Shown here: piece by piece, positions 62,551 through 64,000 of the stretch
Numbering within the stretch: the stretch's first letter is position 1
Layout of the letters: every line of letters starts with the position of its first letter
Source of the DNA: Camelus dromedarius
Lineage: Eukaryota
Reading direction: 5' to 3'
NCBI RefSeq assembly: GCF_036321535.1
Contig: NC_087437.1
Coordinates: 111,416,001 to 111,480,000, forward strand
DNA length: 64,000 nucleotides
Notes under the pieces: generated by a model
The model's database searches: none
Told to the model about the DNA's origin: nothing
What the model saw: the letters and a program-made list of their open reading frames with translations, nothing else
Translations under genes and position numbers: made by a program

Positions 62551-62574
62551 CTATATCACTATCATGACTATTCT

Positions 62575-62910
62575 AAGAAGTCTTCTAATGTTCTTAAGGT
62601 CAGAAGTCCAAAATCAGTCTCACTGGGCCAAAGCCAAGGTGTGGGCAGGACCAGTTCTCTCTAGAATCTCCAGGGGAGGATCCAGTTCCTTGCTTTTTCC
62701 AGCTTCAAGAGGCTACCTGCATTTGTTGGCCTGTGGCCACGTCACTCTGGCCTCTGCATCCATGGTCACATCTCTCTGACTCTGACCCTCCTGACTCCTT
62801 CTTATAGGGATCCTTGTGATTACATTGGACCCACCTGGAGAGGTTGAACAATGAACAGAGTCTGGAGATTAGGACGTGGGCATCTTTGGGGGTCATCATT
62901 CAGCCTACCA
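62575..62910 (-). mobile_element. MaLR LTR (MLT1C/D-like), internally deleted
   Basis: ggtcagaagtccaaaatcagtctcactgggccaaagccaaggtgt...gattaggacgtgggcatctttgggg..attcagcctacca. Confidence 0.85.
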
Positions 62911-63654
62911 AAGGGAGTAGAGACAAAAAACACTCCTATTCTCTTTCATTTCTTTTTCTCTTGTCCTCTAGGAGACAGCAGTGACCTCTCTGATGAGCAT
63001 CTGACACTCACTGGCCAGAGCTCACCAGAGGGAGGGGTCACTTCCTTAAAGTCTGCACTTTCACACTTTCTGGGGTGCCCGGGCCCTTGACCCTGCACCC
63101 TTCCACTTTTCTCCTCTGATGAGCATAGCAATCAGGTCCACCTTGAAAGCCTGAAAGCCTCTACCCTGGGATAAGACACTAGAGCTCCACCACGTCCCCC
63201 TGGTCATTCACTCAGAGCCCCACTCTTGGCCATTGGTGAGGCTCTACTTGGACAGTGCATTACATTCAATCCATTTGCATTTCTGACCATGCCAGATCCA
63301 CCAGCCAGAACCTTGGAGAGTAAGAGAGCTGGATTTAGACAAAGTTGCAAGGGTCTAGTCAGGGAGGTTTTGTGCCACACTACACACCCCTTTTTTTTTT
63401 TTTAAACAAATGATTGACCAGTGACCTCTTTATTAATTTTCTTCTATGAGCTCTTGAGTTTTAAAAGCTTTTTGTCTTTCAAACAATTTATACTTACTAA
63501 GCAGTAGTCCATGTGTTCTAATCAAAGACTAAGACATAATTTTTATCAAGCTTTTTAAAATCCTGAAAAGAAACACACATACTCCCATTACCATATCTAG
63601 GAATGAAAGTCTTGACAGTTTGAGAAATCTAGGTTTGGATTCAGAAAGATAGTA

Positions 63655-63892
63655 GAGACCACTGCAGTATTAGTCCAGGGAGCACTGAGCTGGGAGTCAG
63701 GATCCTGGAGCAGTCCGCTCACTCGCTGTGCAAAATTGAGAAGTCACTTACCTATTTGTGGCCTCAGTCTCCTCATCTGAAAAATCACAGGCCTCTCCTG
63801 GGACTTAACTGGCCCAGAGTAGGATTCAGGTCTTGGTATTTTTTAAATTTCCCCAGATGATTCTAATGTGAAGCCAGGGTTGAGACCACAGG
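63655..63892 (+). mobile_element. MIR fragment followed by a MER5-like fragment
   Basis: gggagtcaggatcctgg...gtcacttacc..gcctcagtctcctcatctg, then ccccagatgattctaatgtgaagccagggttgagaccac. Confidence 0.65.
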
Positions 63893-64000
63893 ATGGACAA
63901 AATCTAGCCACGCCAGAGCATACCCCGGGCCTGTGTCTGGTGGCTAAGTCGGGGATGATGAGGGGGAATACCTGGGACTCTGTGAGAGGAAAGGCAGCTG

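Overview
Mammalian non-coding genomic DNA, most likely from a camelid (camel, alpaca or llama): it carries two tRNA-derived SINEs with the GGGGAGGGTATAGCTCAGTGG... head typical of camelid Vic-1-type SINEs. I find no protein-coding exon, RNA gene or CRISPR array. All ORFs I can recognise are decayed L1 ORF1/ORF2, L2 ORF2 or mariner remnants, and the rest look like chance ORFs. A large part of the window is layered transposon debris: L1 (ancient L1M/HAL1 up to young 5'-truncated copies with intact target-site duplications, TSDs), L2, MIR, MaLR/ERVL/ERV1 solo LTRs, hAT MITEs and a mariner fragment, often nested. Several repeat-free, motif-rich blocks (about 5.0-7.8, 11.0-11.45, 19.9-20.1, 35.7-36.1, 40.4-40.9, 44.3-44.7, 48.5-49.7 and 58.4-58.9 kb) look like enhancers of a gene desert or large intron. 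I found no convincing new biological system. The most unusual structures are a double fold-back at an L1 (TA)n hotspot, an L1 with two diverged 3' ends inside one TSD, a probable ~100-bp retrocopy inside a MIR, and a cluster of perfect TCF/LEF sites. Repeat subfamily names were assigned by eye from remembered consensus motifs and boundaries are approximate; confirm with RepeatMasker/Dfam.
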